Shown here piece after piece: positions 8,434 through 18,797 of a stretch of 59,567 nucleotides of DNA (within the stretch, counting starts at the first letter, position 1; each line of letters begins with the position of its first letter). The stretch covers positions 1-59,567 of the forward strand of contig CANQPA010000003.1 in the NCBI GenBank assembly GCA_947625635.1. The letters run 5' to 3'. The position numbers were made by a program, and so were the translations under genes. Origin of the DNA: an uncultured Bacilli bacterium. GTDB lineage: Bacteria > Bacillota_I > Bacilli_A > RF39 > UBA660. The notes under the pieces are model-generated. The model saw only the letters and a program-made list of their open reading frames with translations, was not told where the DNA came from and did not search any database.

Positions 8434-11361
8434 TTATAATTTTGTTATTTCATTTGCAACCATTTGATATTCGTCAAATCTTTTTTCCACCCTACCCTTA
8501 ACTTCAATTATATCACCATGAATCAAATTTTTATTTTTTTCATAAACGGGTGGAAACATTACAACAACAGTAGTAGACACCTCATCACTACCTGTTATAA
8601 AACACATTTTTTCCCCCTTAGATGTATTTATTTCTTTCAATTTGTCAACATAAAGTATTATAGATATTCTTTTATCAAAATAAGATGCTAATTCATTCAA
8701 GTTAATTGTATTTCCTCTTTTTATTTTAATATCGGTTATAGGATTATTTGTTAAGTATAATCCAAATACACTAAGTTCATATTCCATAAGTTCTTTTTTT
8801 GAAAATTCTTCTACTTCTTTTATTTCAGGCTCTAAAGCTAAGCTTCTATCTAAGTCCTTTATAAGTTCACCATAATTGATTATCAAATCTAAATTAGTGA
8901 TAAGGGTTTTTTTATTGTATCCAAAATCATAAAAAGCCCCTGCATATATTAATGATTCAATAGTTTTAGATGTAATGGTTTTACCATAACACCTTTTTAT
9001 AAAATCATATATGTCAATAAATTTACCATTTTCTCTTTCTTTAATTATAACCTCACTAGAAGAAGCGCCGACATTCCTTATACTGGATAGTGGATATCTG
9101 ATCCCATTATCTTCAATTTTATATTTTCTCTCACTTAAATTTATATTTGGCAAAAGTATTTCTATATTATTTTTTTTAACTTCATATATATATTGTTTAG
9201 TTTTTGCATCATCATTTATTTCCATAGAAAGCAAATACGTAATAAAATTTTTGGGATAGTATGCTTTTAAATAAGCCATTTTATATGCTACTATAGAATA
9301 TCCAATCGAATGTGATTTATTAAATCCATACTCTGCAAATTTAAGCATACGTTCATACACTTTTGAAACCAAAACATCATTATACCCTTTAGCAATGGCT
9401 CTACTTGTAAATTTTTCTTTTTCTTTTAACAATATATCCTTTTTCTTTTTGCTCATAGCTTTTCTAAGAATGTCAGCTTCTCCCAAGGTATAATCAGCCA
9501 TAGTTCGTGCTATTTGCATTATTTGTTCTTGATATATCATTATTCCGTATGTAGATTTTAGTATCGGTTCTAACGTTGGATCTAAATAATCTATTACCTC
9601 TTTACCATTTTTCCTATTTATATAGGTAGGTATATTCTGCATTGGTCCAGGTCTAAAAAGCGCTATAGCTGCAAAAAGATCATCCATACTAGATACTTTA
9701 AGCCTTTTTAAAAAACTAATCATTCCATCTGATTCAAACTGAAATATTCCAATTGTATCAGCATTTTTAAATACATCAAGTGCTTTTTTATCATTTAAAG
9801 GTATTTCATCAAATTTGATATTTACGCTATAATCTTTATTTATACTATTTATTATATTATGAATGGTTGTTAAATATTTAATTGCAAGAAAATCCATTTT
9901 TAATAATCCAAGTTCCTCTAAATAGGTCATGTCATATCCACTTAAATAAAAATCATGACTTTTATCAAGTGGAATTACTTCATCTAAATCTACACTAGAC
10001 ATAATTACTCCTGCAGCGTGTATAGAAGTATGTCTTTTAAGTCCCTCGAATTTGTTTGCAACCTTATAGCATTCTTTTAGATCATCCTTTCTTTCTAACA
10101 AATTTTTTATTTTAATATTATCGTTATAATTTTCCTTTAATGTCTTTTTGGAATCAATAAGTTTACTTAAATTATCCACAAGAACTAAATCTATACCCAT
10201 AGCTTTAGCAACATCTCTTATTGCTTGTTTTGCACCTAATGTTCCAAATGTTATAATAGGTACAACTCTTTTAGCACCATATTTATTTATGCAATAATTT
10301 ATTACTTCCTCTCTTTTATCATGTTCAAAATCTATATCAATATCAGGCATACTAATACGTTCAGGATTCAAAAATCTTTCAAAAAGTAAATTGTATTTTA
10401 TAGGATCTACATCTGTTATTTTGAGGCAATAAGAAACGAGACTCCCAACTGCACTTCCTCTACCTGTACCAACTATTATATTATTTCGACGAGCAAACTC
10501 AACATAATCTGCTACTATTAAAAAATAATCACAAAATCCCATTTTATTTATTATATCCAATTCATATTTAAGTCTTATTTTATATATTTCTTTTACAGTA
10601 TCCCCAAAATGTAGCCTTAATCCATCAATGCATTTTTTCTTTAAATATGTAAAACTATCAACCCCACAATCATTCTTAAATTTGGGCATTAATTTTTGAT
10701 TAAAAGGTATCTCAACATTACATAATTCACTTATTAGGTGATTATTCTCTATGCTATTTTTATATTTAATATTAAATTCATCTTCTAAAAGTATATAGTT
10801 ATCAAAATGATTATTTTCTACTAAATCTACAGTAACTCCAGTTCTTATTGCGTCCATATATTTTATATATTTACTGTCATTTTTAGTCAAATACAAAGTC
10901 TCGTTTATGTAAATAGAATTTTTTTCATTTATAGATTCTAACTCATTTAAATTTTTGTATCCAATAAATATATTTTCATAAAAATTTTTTATATCATTAT
11001 AGATATTTAGACTATTCTTATGTATTATACATACTAAATTATCAGAATATTTTTTCAAATCAGTTATTTCTAAATTTCTCTCGCTTGAAAGTGTGCATAA
11101 CTTTATTAAATTTTTATATCCATTATAATTTTTTGCATAAAATACTATTTTTTGACCATTATACACAATTTCAAGACCAATTATGGGCTTAATGTTATTA
11201 CTTATACACATTTTATAGAAGTCTAATACACCATACATATTATCATCAGTTATTGTAAGAGATTTTATATTGTTATTCTTAGCAAAATTGATTAAATTTT
11301 CTATTTTTATAAGTGATGTTTGCAAACTGTTATCAGTTTTTATATAAAGTGGTGTATACAT
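8434..11361 (-). CDS. dnaE: DNA polymerase III alpha subunit (DnaE type, degenerate PHP domain)
   Basis: GRGSAVGSLV, FERFLNPER, PDIDIDF, YGFNKSH, C-terminal OB fold. Confidence 0.96.
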   Translation of the reverse strand: MYTPLYIKTDNSLQTSLIKIENLINFAKNNNIKSLTITDDNMYGVLDFYKMCISNNIKPIIGLEIVYNGQKIVFYAKNYNGYKNLIKLCTLSSERNLEITDLKKYSDNLVCIIHKNSLNIYNDIKNFYENIFIGYKNLNELESINEKNSIYINETLYLTKNDSKYIKYMDAIRTGVTVDLVENNHFDNYILLEDEFNIKYKNSIENNHLISELCNVEIPFNQKLMPKFKNDCGVDSFTYLKKKCIDGLRLHFGDTVKEIYKIRLKYELDIINKMGFCDYFLIVADYVEFARRNNIIVGTGRGSAVGSLVSYCLKITDVDPIKYNLLFERFLNPERISMPDIDIDFEHDKREEVINYCINKYGAKRVVPIITFGTLGAKQAIRDVAKAMGIDLVLVDNLSKLIDSKKTLKENYNDNIKIKNLLERKDDLKECYKVANKFEGLKRHTSIHAAGVIMSSVDLDEVIPLDKSHDFYLSGYDMTYLEELGLLKMDFLAIKYLTTIHNIINSINKDYSVNIKFDEIPLNDKKALDVFKNADTIGIFQFESDGMISFLKRLKVSSMDDLFAAIALFRPGPMQNIPTYINRKNGKEVIDYLDPTLEPILKSTYGIMIYQEQIMQIARTMADYTLGEADILRKAMSKKKKDILLKEKEKFTSRAIAKGYNDVLVSKVYERMLKFAEYGFNKSHSIGYSIVAYKMAYLKAYYPKNFITYLLSMEINDDAKTKQYIYEVKKNNIEILLPNINLSERKYKIEDNGIRYPLSSIRNVGASSSEVIIKERENGKFIDIYDFIKRCYGKTITSKTIESLIYAGAFYDFGYNKKTLITNLDLIINYGELIKDLDRSLALEPEIKEVEEFSKKELMEYELSVFGLYLTNNPITDIKIKRGNTINLNELASYFDKRISIILYVDKLKEINTSKGEKMCFITGSDEVSTTVVVMFPPVYEKNKNLIHGDIIEVKGRVEKRFDEYQMVANEITKL

Positions 11362-11495
11362 ACTATCCCTCCTACATATATTTTACTATAAATGACCGTT
11401 ATTTTAAATAAAAATAAATAAAATATTTGACTTATTTTAAAAAATATGATAAACTCATATGGCATAGGAAAAAAAACTTTGAACGGAGGAATAAT

Positions 11496-11675
11496 ATGGC
11501 AAAAAAAGCAACTAATAAAAAACCACTTGCTGGAAATAGAAGATCTCATTCTTGTAGAGCAACAAGACATACACAAAAAGTTAATTTACAATTAGTTACT
11601 TTAGAAGATGGTACTAAAGTTAAAATGAGTGCAAGAGAAAAAAGAACTTTAAATAAAGTTGAAAAAGCAGCTTAA
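11496..11675 (+). CDS. rpmB: 50S ribosomal protein L28
   Basis: GNRRSHS..ATR...KVNLQ; start at ATG 11496 after GGAGG. Confidence 0.88.
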   Translation: MAKKATNKKPLAGNRRSHSCRATRHTQKVNLQLVTLEDGTKVKMSAREKRTLNKVEKAA

Positions 11676-11696
11676 TTTATTAATTAAGCTGTTTTT
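11667..11696. terminator. Bidirectional intrinsic terminator
   Basis: GCAGCTTAATT/AATTAAGCTGT stem flanked by A and T runs, between convergent genes. Confidence 0.7.
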
Positions 11697-12168
11697 ATAT
11701 AATTTTATCGTTATAACATACATCATCATACATATAGCTATCATCAAAATCAGATTCTTTTGAAATCTTTTTCATTTTATTTTCAAGTATTTTTTTTCTA
11801 ACCTGTAGTCTAATAATATCAGTATCTTCATCAAGTCCTTCTACAACATTATTATTAATGTTACTATTATTCATTTTGTTAGAAATAAACAAATTAACAA
11901 TAGAGTTTATGTCAACTTTTAAACCTTTTCTGTAATTAGTTGTAACTAAATCTATTTTTTTTATTATATCGTCCATCATTTGAAAAAAATTATTTAACAA
12001 TACACTATTAGTCGATTCTAATTCTTTATTTATATAATTTTTTTTATCTTGATAAAAACTTTTAATCTTATCTAAGTAATATACATTTAACAGCTTATCT
12101 TTTGCTAATTGCGTCCAATAAGCTTCCTTTTTAAATATATCCATATAAAAATCTGAATTTAAAGCCAT
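11695..12168 (-). CDS. Hypothetical protein
   Basis: 157-aa ORF with GGAGG RBS; no family recognised. Confidence 0.65.
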   Translation of the reverse strand: MALNSDFYMDIFKKEAYWTQLAKDKLLNVYYLDKIKSFYQDKKNYINKELESTNSVLLNNFFQMMDDIIKKIDLVTTNYRKGLKVDINSIVNLFISNKMNNSNINNNVVEGLDEDTDIIRLQVRKKILENKMKKISKESDFDDSYMYDDVCYNDKII

Positions 12169-12243
12169 ATAAATCCTCCTATCATATTATGTATATATTT
12201 TATCATAATAAATTAGTTTTTATAACATGATATAAAAATTTTT

Positions 12244-13308
12244 TTAATATGTGATCACAGATTTATTATAATCATTTAAAATTATATTTTTTTTTGAGTC
12301 TGGAACAACTATTGTATTTTTATTCCCGTCAGATATATATCTAGTATTTTCCAATAATTCAAAATTCATTTGAATATCAAAATCTTCTCCGTTATTATCA
12401 TATGCACGAATTCTTTTTAAAAAATTAGGATTAAATTCTTCGGAAAATGGAGAATTTTCAGCCTTCCAACCTACTCTTAAAGCAGATTTAGTCTTGTATA
12501 GTTTACCATTATAACTAGTTTCAAATATATATTGCATATTATTATGCTCTAAAGAATATGGTGATCCATATGGGAGAGCAACTATATTCACATACTCTCC
12601 AGGTATAATACTGTCTAAAATTTCGTATACACTACCAACTTCATTCAATGATTCCTCTTTTCCAACTTTACTAAAATTTACATGACTATAAGTATGATTC
12701 CCTATATCGTATCCATTTTTAACAAGCCATTTTAATATTTTTTCATTATATTCTTTTTGTTGAAATAATTCACCATTTACAAAAAAAGTTGCAGTAACAT
12801 TGAAATCGGGATACTTTTGTTTAAAGGTTTCAAGTATTCCAACAGCAGAATTTGGATCTATTATAATTTCACCATTTTCATCTAATCCAATGACATTAAT
12901 ATTATTTGAAAGTCCATCATCAAATGTAAGTATCAAAGGACTTTTGCCAAGTTCTACATCTATATTTCCATCCACGTAATCGGTTAATCTAATCATTCTG
13001 TATCCCAAATTATAATAAAACTCTAAATCTCCCTTAAATGCTTCACTAGTTCTTTGATATCCATCTTTGTCAATATTACCACCCGTATAATTTGTTTCAG
13101 AATTCTTTTTATTATATATACCATGATACATCATGATAGGTATTTCACCTAGTTCATCTACTTTATTAATTTGATAATCCTCTTTAGTCAATTTTTTTTC
13201 CTTCTCAAATTCTTCTTCCTGATCTAATTTTTCATTCAAACTATCGTTTTTAGCATTTTTACAACCAATTAAACAAATTATCAAGAATAAAATAAATATT
13301 TTTTTCAT
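12244..13308 (-). CDS. Polysaccharide deacetylase family protein, probable lipoprotein
   Basis: N-terminal signal ending LIGC; IMMYH, LTFDDG, ATFFV, GNHTYSH, ALPYG. Confidence 0.85.
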   Translation of the reverse strand: MKKIFILFLIICLIGCKNAKNDSLNEKLDQEEEFEKEKKLTKEDYQINKVDELGEIPIMMYHGIYNKKNSETNYTGGNIDKDGYQRTSEAFKGDLEFYYNLGYRMIRLTDYVDGNIDVELGKSPLILTFDDGLSNNINVIGLDENGEIIIDPNSAVGILETFKQKYPDFNVTATFFVNGELFQQKEYNEKILKWLVKNGYDIGNHTYSHVNFSKVGKEESLNEVGSVYEILDSIIPGEYVNIVALPYGSPYSLEHNNMQYIFETSYNGKLYKTKSALRVGWKAENSPFSEEFNPNFLKRIRAYDNNGEDFDIQMNFELLENTRYISDGNKNTIVVPDSKKNIILNDYNKSVITY

Positions 13309-13348
13309 TTAATCACCATTACTACTATTTCCAATATTATATTTTTTA

Positions 13349-14344
13349 TTACTTTTCCTTATATGGAATTTTCAAATGTTCATATGCTTTTTCAGTAACC
13401 ATTCTACCACGAGGAGTTCTTTTTAAAAGACCAATCTGAAGTAGATATGGTTCATAAACATCCTCTATCGTTGTTTGCTCCTCTCCTATTGATGATGAAA
13501 TAGCTTCAATTCCAACAGGACCGCCATTAAATTTTTCAATAATTGATTTAAGCAAATGATGGTCTGTTTCATCTAATCCCAATTCATCTACTTTAAGTCT
13601 ATCTAAAGCATGTTTAGTTATTTTTAAATCTATACTACCATTTCCCATAACAAGAGCAAAATCTCTAACTCTTTTAAATAATCTATTACATATACGAGGA
13701 GTTCCTCTACTACGCCTAGCAAGTTCAATTGCAGCATCCTCATCTATTGGGCAATCAAGAACCTTACTAGTCCTGATCGCAATTTTCTTTAATTCATCTA
13801 CTGTGTAATAATTTAATTTATTTATTATCCCAAATCTATCCCTAAGAGGACTTGTCAAATCCCCTGCACGAGTTGTTGCTCCAACCAAAGTGAATGGAGG
13901 TAAATCTATTTTTATACTTCTACTAGAATTATCACTACCTACTACTATTTCTAAAGTAAAATCCTCCATCGCTGAATATAATATTTCTTCTACAAATCTA
14001 GGTATTCTATGTATTTCATCTATAAATAAAACATCTCCAGGTTCTAGATTAGATAATACAGCAGCTAAATCTCCACTTTTTTCAATCGATGGACCACTGG
14101 CAGTTTTAATATTACTTCCAAGCTCATTAGCAATTATATAAGCAAGTGTGGTTTTCCCAAGACCAGGAGGACCATACAACAAAATATGATCCAATGGTTC
14201 TTCTCTTAATTTAGCAGCTTTAATAAATATGCTTAAATTTTCTTTAACTTCAGCTTGACCAACGTATTCATCTAAACTATTAGGTCTTATATTTTGTTCA
14301 AAGTTATCTTCTACTATTTCTTCTTCACTAACAACTCTATCCAT
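13349..14344 (-). CDS. ruvB: Holliday junction helicase RuvB
   Basis: [29 protein letters not shown]. Confidence 0.98.
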   Translation of the reverse strand: MDRVVSEEEIVEDNFEQNIRPNSLDEYVGQAEVKENLSIFIKAAKLREEPLDHILLYGPPGLGKTTLAYIIANELGSNIKTASGPSIEKSGDLAAVLSNLEPGDVLFIDEIHRIPRFVEEILYSAMEDFTLEIVVGSDNSSRSIKIDLPPFTLVGATTRAGDLTSPLRDRFGIINKLNYYTVDELKKIAIRTSKVLDCPIDEDAAIELARRSRGTPRICNRLFKRVRDFALVMGNGSIDLKITKHALDRLKVDELGLDETDHHLLKSIIEKFNGGPVGIEAISSSIGEEQTTIEDVYEPYLLQIGLLKRTPRGRMVTEKAYEHLKIPYKEK

Positions 14345-14429
14345 AACGTTTCCTCCTTCTATATATTTTAGTATTTATTTCAATATGTTATTGTACATAG
14401 AAATAAGATCCAATCTATATTATCATATA

Positions 14430-14984
14430 TTATTTTAACATCAATTTTAATGCTTCCTTAACTTGATCTTCAATATTTAAATCTGATTTTATGGATGGCA
14501 ATATTTTATTTATATCCGCTTGTTTGTATCCTAATCCTCTTAATACCTCTATCAGTTCATCATAATCTTCATTAAATTTATTTACAATATTAGTATTAAG
14601 TTTTCCTTTTAAATCTAATATTATCTGCCTAGCTACTTTATCGCCTATTTTTGGAAATTTCTTTAAGTAAAGTATATTTTCTCTATCTATTGCATCCATA
14701 ATACCACTAATAGATCCTGTAGCTAGCATAGGAAGTGCCATTTTACAGCCTAGACCTTTTACATTTATAAGTTTTAAAAAAAGCTCTTTTTCTTCTTTAT
14801 TTTTAAATCCATATAAACTTATTTCATCTTCTTTTACATATTGATAAATGTATACGATATATTCATTATTTAACTCAAAAGAATATGGGTTTGGCACATA
14901 TACTAAGTACCCTATACCGTTATTATCAAGTACTATATAATTACTTTCTTGAAATACTACCATACCTTTTATATACTCATACAT
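14430..14984 (-). CDS. ruvA: Holliday junction branch migration protein RuvA
   Basis: MYEYIKG, LYGF, HhH motifs; directly upstream of ruvB; start moved to 14984. Confidence 0.95.
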   Translation of the reverse strand: MYEYIKGMVVFQESNYIVLDNNGIGYLVYVPNPYSFELNNEYIVYIYQYVKEDEISLYGFKNKEEKELFLKLINVKGLGCKMALPMLATGSISGIMDAIDRENILYLKKFPKIGDKVARQIILDLKGKLNTNIVNKFNEDYDELIEVLRGLGYKQADINKILPSIKSDLNIEDQVKEALKLMLK

Positions 14985-15053
14985 ACTATCACCAATATAA
15001 GTATAACACAAACAAATGTTAGAGACAAGAAAAAGATAGATTTTTCTATCTTT

Positions 15054-16058
15054 TTACATGTTTCCAAGATACTTTGCAGTTTTTACCATCTGTGCAGAAT
15101 ACCCCATCTCATTATCGTACCAAGCAATAATTTTTACTAATTGTTTTCCATCAACTTCAATAACTTTTGTAAGTTGACCATCAATAAGTCCTCCCAAATG
15201 TGAACCTTTTATATCATTAGATACTATTGGATCCATTGTAAATCCTACAGTTTCATTTGAATTTTCTTTAAATAATTTGTTAATCTCCTCAACTGTAGTA
15301 TTCCTCTTAAGTTCCAACGACAAATCTATAACTGATCCAGTTGAAACCGGAACCCTTAAAGCTCCACCGTCCATTTTTCCTCTTAATGAAGGTATTACAA
15401 GTCCAATAGCAGATGCCGCTCCAGTTGATGATGGGACAATATTAGCTGCGCAAGCTCTACCACGACGAGAATTAATTCCCTTTTTATGGGCTATATCAAG
15501 AGTTGCTTGATCATTTGTATAAGCATGAACAGTTGTCATAAATCCTTTTATTATACCTATATTTTTTTCTATTATATTAAGAACTGGAGCTAAACAATTA
15601 GTTGTACAACTTGCTGCACTTATAACTTGCTCGCTTCCATCCAACGTATCCTCATTTACACCATATACTATAGTTTTTAAATTACCTTTAGCAGGAGCAC
15701 TTATAATAACTTTTTTTGCACCTGAATTTATATGAGCCATTGCCTTATCTTTATCAGTAAAACGTCCCGTGCATTCAAACACTTCATCTATATCAAGCTC
15801 ACCCCATGGTAAATTTAATGGATCAGTTTCAGAATATACCCTAATTTTTCTATCTCCAACAATTATATACTCACCTTCAAAACTTATTTCATTAACTTTA
15901 TAATTTCCATGATTCGTATCATACTTAAGTAAATATGCAAGTTGTTCTGCATCAGTCAAATCATTAATTGCTACTACCTCAAAATTTGGATCATCCTCCA
16001 TGATTCTAAATACCAATCTTCCTATTCTTCCAAAGCCATTAATTGCTACTCTTATCAT
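15054..16058 (-). CDS. gap: Glyceraldehyde-3-phosphate dehydrogenase
   Basis: INGFGRIGR, ASCTTNCLAP, WYDNE. Confidence 0.98.
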   Translation of the reverse strand: MIRVAINGFGRIGRLVFRIMEDDPNFEVVAINDLTDAEQLAYLLKYDTNHGNYKVNEISFEGEYIIVGDRKIRVYSETDPLNLPWGELDIDEVFECTGRFTDKDKAMAHINSGAKKVIISAPAKGNLKTIVYGVNEDTLDGSEQVISAASCTTNCLAPVLNIIEKNIGIIKGFMTTVHAYTNDQATLDIAHKKGINSRRGRACAANIVPSSTGAASAIGLVIPSLRGKMDGGALRVPVSTGSVIDLSLELKRNTTVEEINKLFKENSNETVGFTMDPIVSNDIKGSHLGGLIDGQLTKVIEVDGKQLVKIIAWYDNEMGYSAQMVKTAKYLGNM

Positions 16059-16072
16059 TATATTCCTTCTTT

Positions 16073-17737
16073 CTAATTTTTAAAACAGCTTCCACCAATG
16101 AATTCTCTCAATACTGAATCTGCGGGCACATCATCACTAGGTATAGGTAAAAAATTCCTTAAAAAATTTATAAGCCTTAAAGCCTCAGGATATTCAGGTG
16201 AATCTTCACTTATATTAAATAGTAAAGGCTCTGCATATATTTTTAATACACCAATTTCGTAAATAAGGGATGAATTAACAACTGAATCAGCATCATCTTG
16301 AAATTTAAATATATTATTTCTTTCGCCAGACTTTATAGCAGGCCACATTCTTAAAGTTTCAGCTGCACAAACTCCTCTAGTCTTATTATCACGGACTATT
16401 CTTCTTAATTTTCTGATATCGGTTGTATGTATATGATTGTGATCATCTATGTTAAGTTGAGTTAATGGGCTTATATAAATCTTATATTTTTGATCTTTAT
16501 TTATAGACATAGTAAGTTCATCATTCAATGCATGTAACCCTTCAACTATTATAATATCCTTTTCTCCTAATTGTAAATAATTATCATTATATTCTCTTTT
16601 TCTTAATGAAAAATTAAATGATGGTAAATTAACTTTTTTCCCGTCTAATAAATTTGACAAATTTTTATTGAATAAATTTATGTCTAAAGCTCTTACAGAT
16701 TCATAATCTGGTTTTCCATCACTACCTATAACTATTTTATCTATGTCAACAAAATAATTATCTAAGCTAATTGGATGTGTAATAAAACCCTTACTTCTTA
16801 AATAAATATCAAGTTTTTTAGCTGTTGTAGTTTTACCACTCGATGATGGACCTGCTATTAAAATTAATTTTATGTTTTTATTACTTTCATGTATATCTTC
16901 TGCAATTTTTGCCAATTGTGAATCATAGTATGCTTCAGCTAAATTAATTAATTCTCCAATTTTTGCCTTTGATACTACTAAATTTAAATCTGCAGCGTTT
17001 CTAACATTTAATAGTTTACCCCAATTTGTATAATCCAAATATTTATTGAATATCTTTTCATGATGAACATAATCTAAAGTACATTCAGGATTAATTAAAT
17101 CAGGTAAAGACATCACCAACCCATTATCACATATATATGTCAATTTAAAATCATTAATCTGCGAGGTACTATATGCCATTTTACCATAAAAATAATCGTA
17201 CACATCATTTATTCTATATAAATTTATATAAGTGTTAGATATATATTTTAATACATTTACTTTATCTAATTTACCAATTTTTTTGAAATACTTTATAGCA
17301 TCTAACCTAGATACACTAAGTTTAGTAAATAAATAATTATCTTTAACTATTTCTTTCATTTCCCTATATATTTTATTGACAATGTCCTTTGTTAAAATTA
17401 TACCCTCTACACTACAATAAACACCATAATCTTGGGAATGTTCAGTTATTACATCAACGTCATCGCCTAAAATATTTTTAACTGCAAGAATTAAAATAAA
17501 TATCGCACTTCTAACATATATAGAATTTCCTATTTCGCTACTTCTATCAAAAAAATCTATATTACATTTCTTCTTTAATGTATCACTCAAATCTACAATG
17601 TCATTATCTACTTTAGCGATCAAAATATCATAATTAAAATTATATCGAAAATTTTCTGATATCTGTTTATAAGTAGTTCCCTCGTCAAATTCAAAGACTC
17701 TATTACCTCTAAATGTTACTTTTATTTTTTTATTCAT
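16073..17737 (-). CDS. Nucleoside (uridine) kinase with ThrRS-like N-terminal domains
   Basis: IAGPSSSGKTT, ISLDNYF, IVEGLHALN, LREFIGGS; 554 aa. Confidence 0.85.
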   Translation of the reverse strand: MNKKIKVTFRGNRVFEFDEGTTYKQISENFRYNFNYDILIAKVDNDIVDLSDTLKKKCNIDFFDRSSEIGNSIYVRSAIFILILAVKNILGDDVDVITEHSQDYGVYCSVEGIILTKDIVNKIYREMKEIVKDNYLFTKLSVSRLDAIKYFKKIGKLDKVNVLKYISNTYINLYRINDVYDYFYGKMAYSTSQINDFKLTYICDNGLVMSLPDLINPECTLDYVHHEKIFNKYLDYTNWGKLLNVRNAADLNLVVSKAKIGELINLAEAYYDSQLAKIAEDIHESNKNIKLILIAGPSSSGKTTTAKKLDIYLRSKGFITHPISLDNYFVDIDKIVIGSDGKPDYESVRALDINLFNKNLSNLLDGKKVNLPSFNFSLRKREYNDNYLQLGEKDIIIVEGLHALNDELTMSINKDQKYKIYISPLTQLNIDDHNHIHTTDIRKLRRIVRDNKTRGVCAAETLRMWPAIKSGERNNIFKFQDDADSVVNSSLIYEIGVLKIYAEPLLFNISEDSPEYPEALRLINFLRNFLPIPSDDVPADSVLREFIGGSCFKN

Positions 17738-17850
17738 TATATCCCTCTTACTCTGTAATTTTATTTTATCAAAAAAATATTAGTTTGTCGACTTTTTTAT
17801 TGAATAAAAATTACTATTTGTAACTATTATATACACAGGAGATGATTTTT

Positions 17851-18429
17851 ATGTTAATACCAACAGTAATAGATAAAATAAATAACAGTGAAAGAGTATA
17901 TGATATTTATTCTAGATTGTTGAAAGACAGAATTATTATTATAAATGGTGAAATAGATAATAATTTATCTAATAGCGTTGTTGCACAACTATTGTATTTA
18001 GATTCATTAAATAATGAAGATATTAATATATACATTAATTCGCCAGGAGGAAGTGTCACTGACGGAATAGCTATATATGATACAATTAACTTTATAAATA
18101 GTGATGTATCAACGATAGGAATAGGTATATGTGCATCAATGGCAGCATTCTTACTAAGTAGCGGAAAAAAAGGTAAAAGATATCTTTTACCCAACAGTGA
18201 AGTTATGATACATCAACCACTTGGAGGCGCACAAGGCCAAGCAACAGAAATAAAAATAGCTGCTGAGCATATTTTAAAAACTAAAGATAAACTTAATAAA
18301 ATACTTTCTATTAATACAGGTAAAAGTTTAGATATAATAGAAAAAGACACCGATAGGGATAATTTTATGAATGCAGAAGAAGCATTAAATTATGGAATAG
18401 TAGATAAAATAATAAAAAATAAAAAATAA
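17851..18429 (+). CDS. clpP: ATP-dependent Clp protease proteolytic subunit
   Basis: [29 protein letters not shown]. Confidence 0.97.
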   Translation: MLIPTVIDKINNSERVYDIYSRLLKDRIIIINGEIDNNLSNSVVAQLLYLDSLNNEDINIYINSPGGSVTDGIAIYDTINFINSDVSTIGIGICASMAAFLLSSGKKGKRYLLPNSEVMIHQPLGGAQGQATEIKIAAEHILKTKDKLNKILSINTGKSLDIIEKDTDRDNFMNAEEALNYGIVDKIIKNKK

Positions 18430-18509
18430 ATTCTACTCAATATTATTTAATGAATTGAATAAAACTTTATAGTAAAGCTAAAAAATTGACATTATAGTCA
18501 ATAATCAAG

Positions 18510-18752
18510 TTAAATCATTTTATCTATGTCTTTTGGTACTTTATCGTTAACAACTGCATTTATTATTTTATCTTCCTGTTCTTTTGAAACATTTCTACCA
18601 GTCATTTGACTCAAAGTTTGAATAACCTCTCTAAGTGTTCCTTCATTTTTTAAATCATTTTGTTGTAATTTTTTAGCAAGATCCATAATAGTTTCTTTGC
18701 CTACATTAGTTTTTTTCTCTATTCTATTAAAAAAAGAATCTGAAAAAGCCAT
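18510..18752 (-). CDS. spoVIF: Stage VI sporulation protein F family
   Basis: SFFNRIEKKTNV...VSKEQEDKII pattern; SigK-like promoter upstream. Confidence 0.75.
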   Translation of the reverse strand: MAFSDSFFNRIEKKTNVGKETIMDLAKKLQQNDLKNEGTLREVIQTLSQMTGRNVSKEQEDKIINAVVNDKVPKDIDKMI

Positions 18753-18770
18753 TAAAAAACCTCCTACATT

Positions 18771-18796
18771 AGTCTATGTAAAAGGCAAAAATTAGT
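18771..18796 (-). promoter_or_regulatory. SigK/SigE-like promoter of spoVIF
   Basis: AC-N16-CATAGACT matches the mother-cell consensus AC-N16-CATANNNT. Confidence 0.45.
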
Positions 18797-18797
18797 T

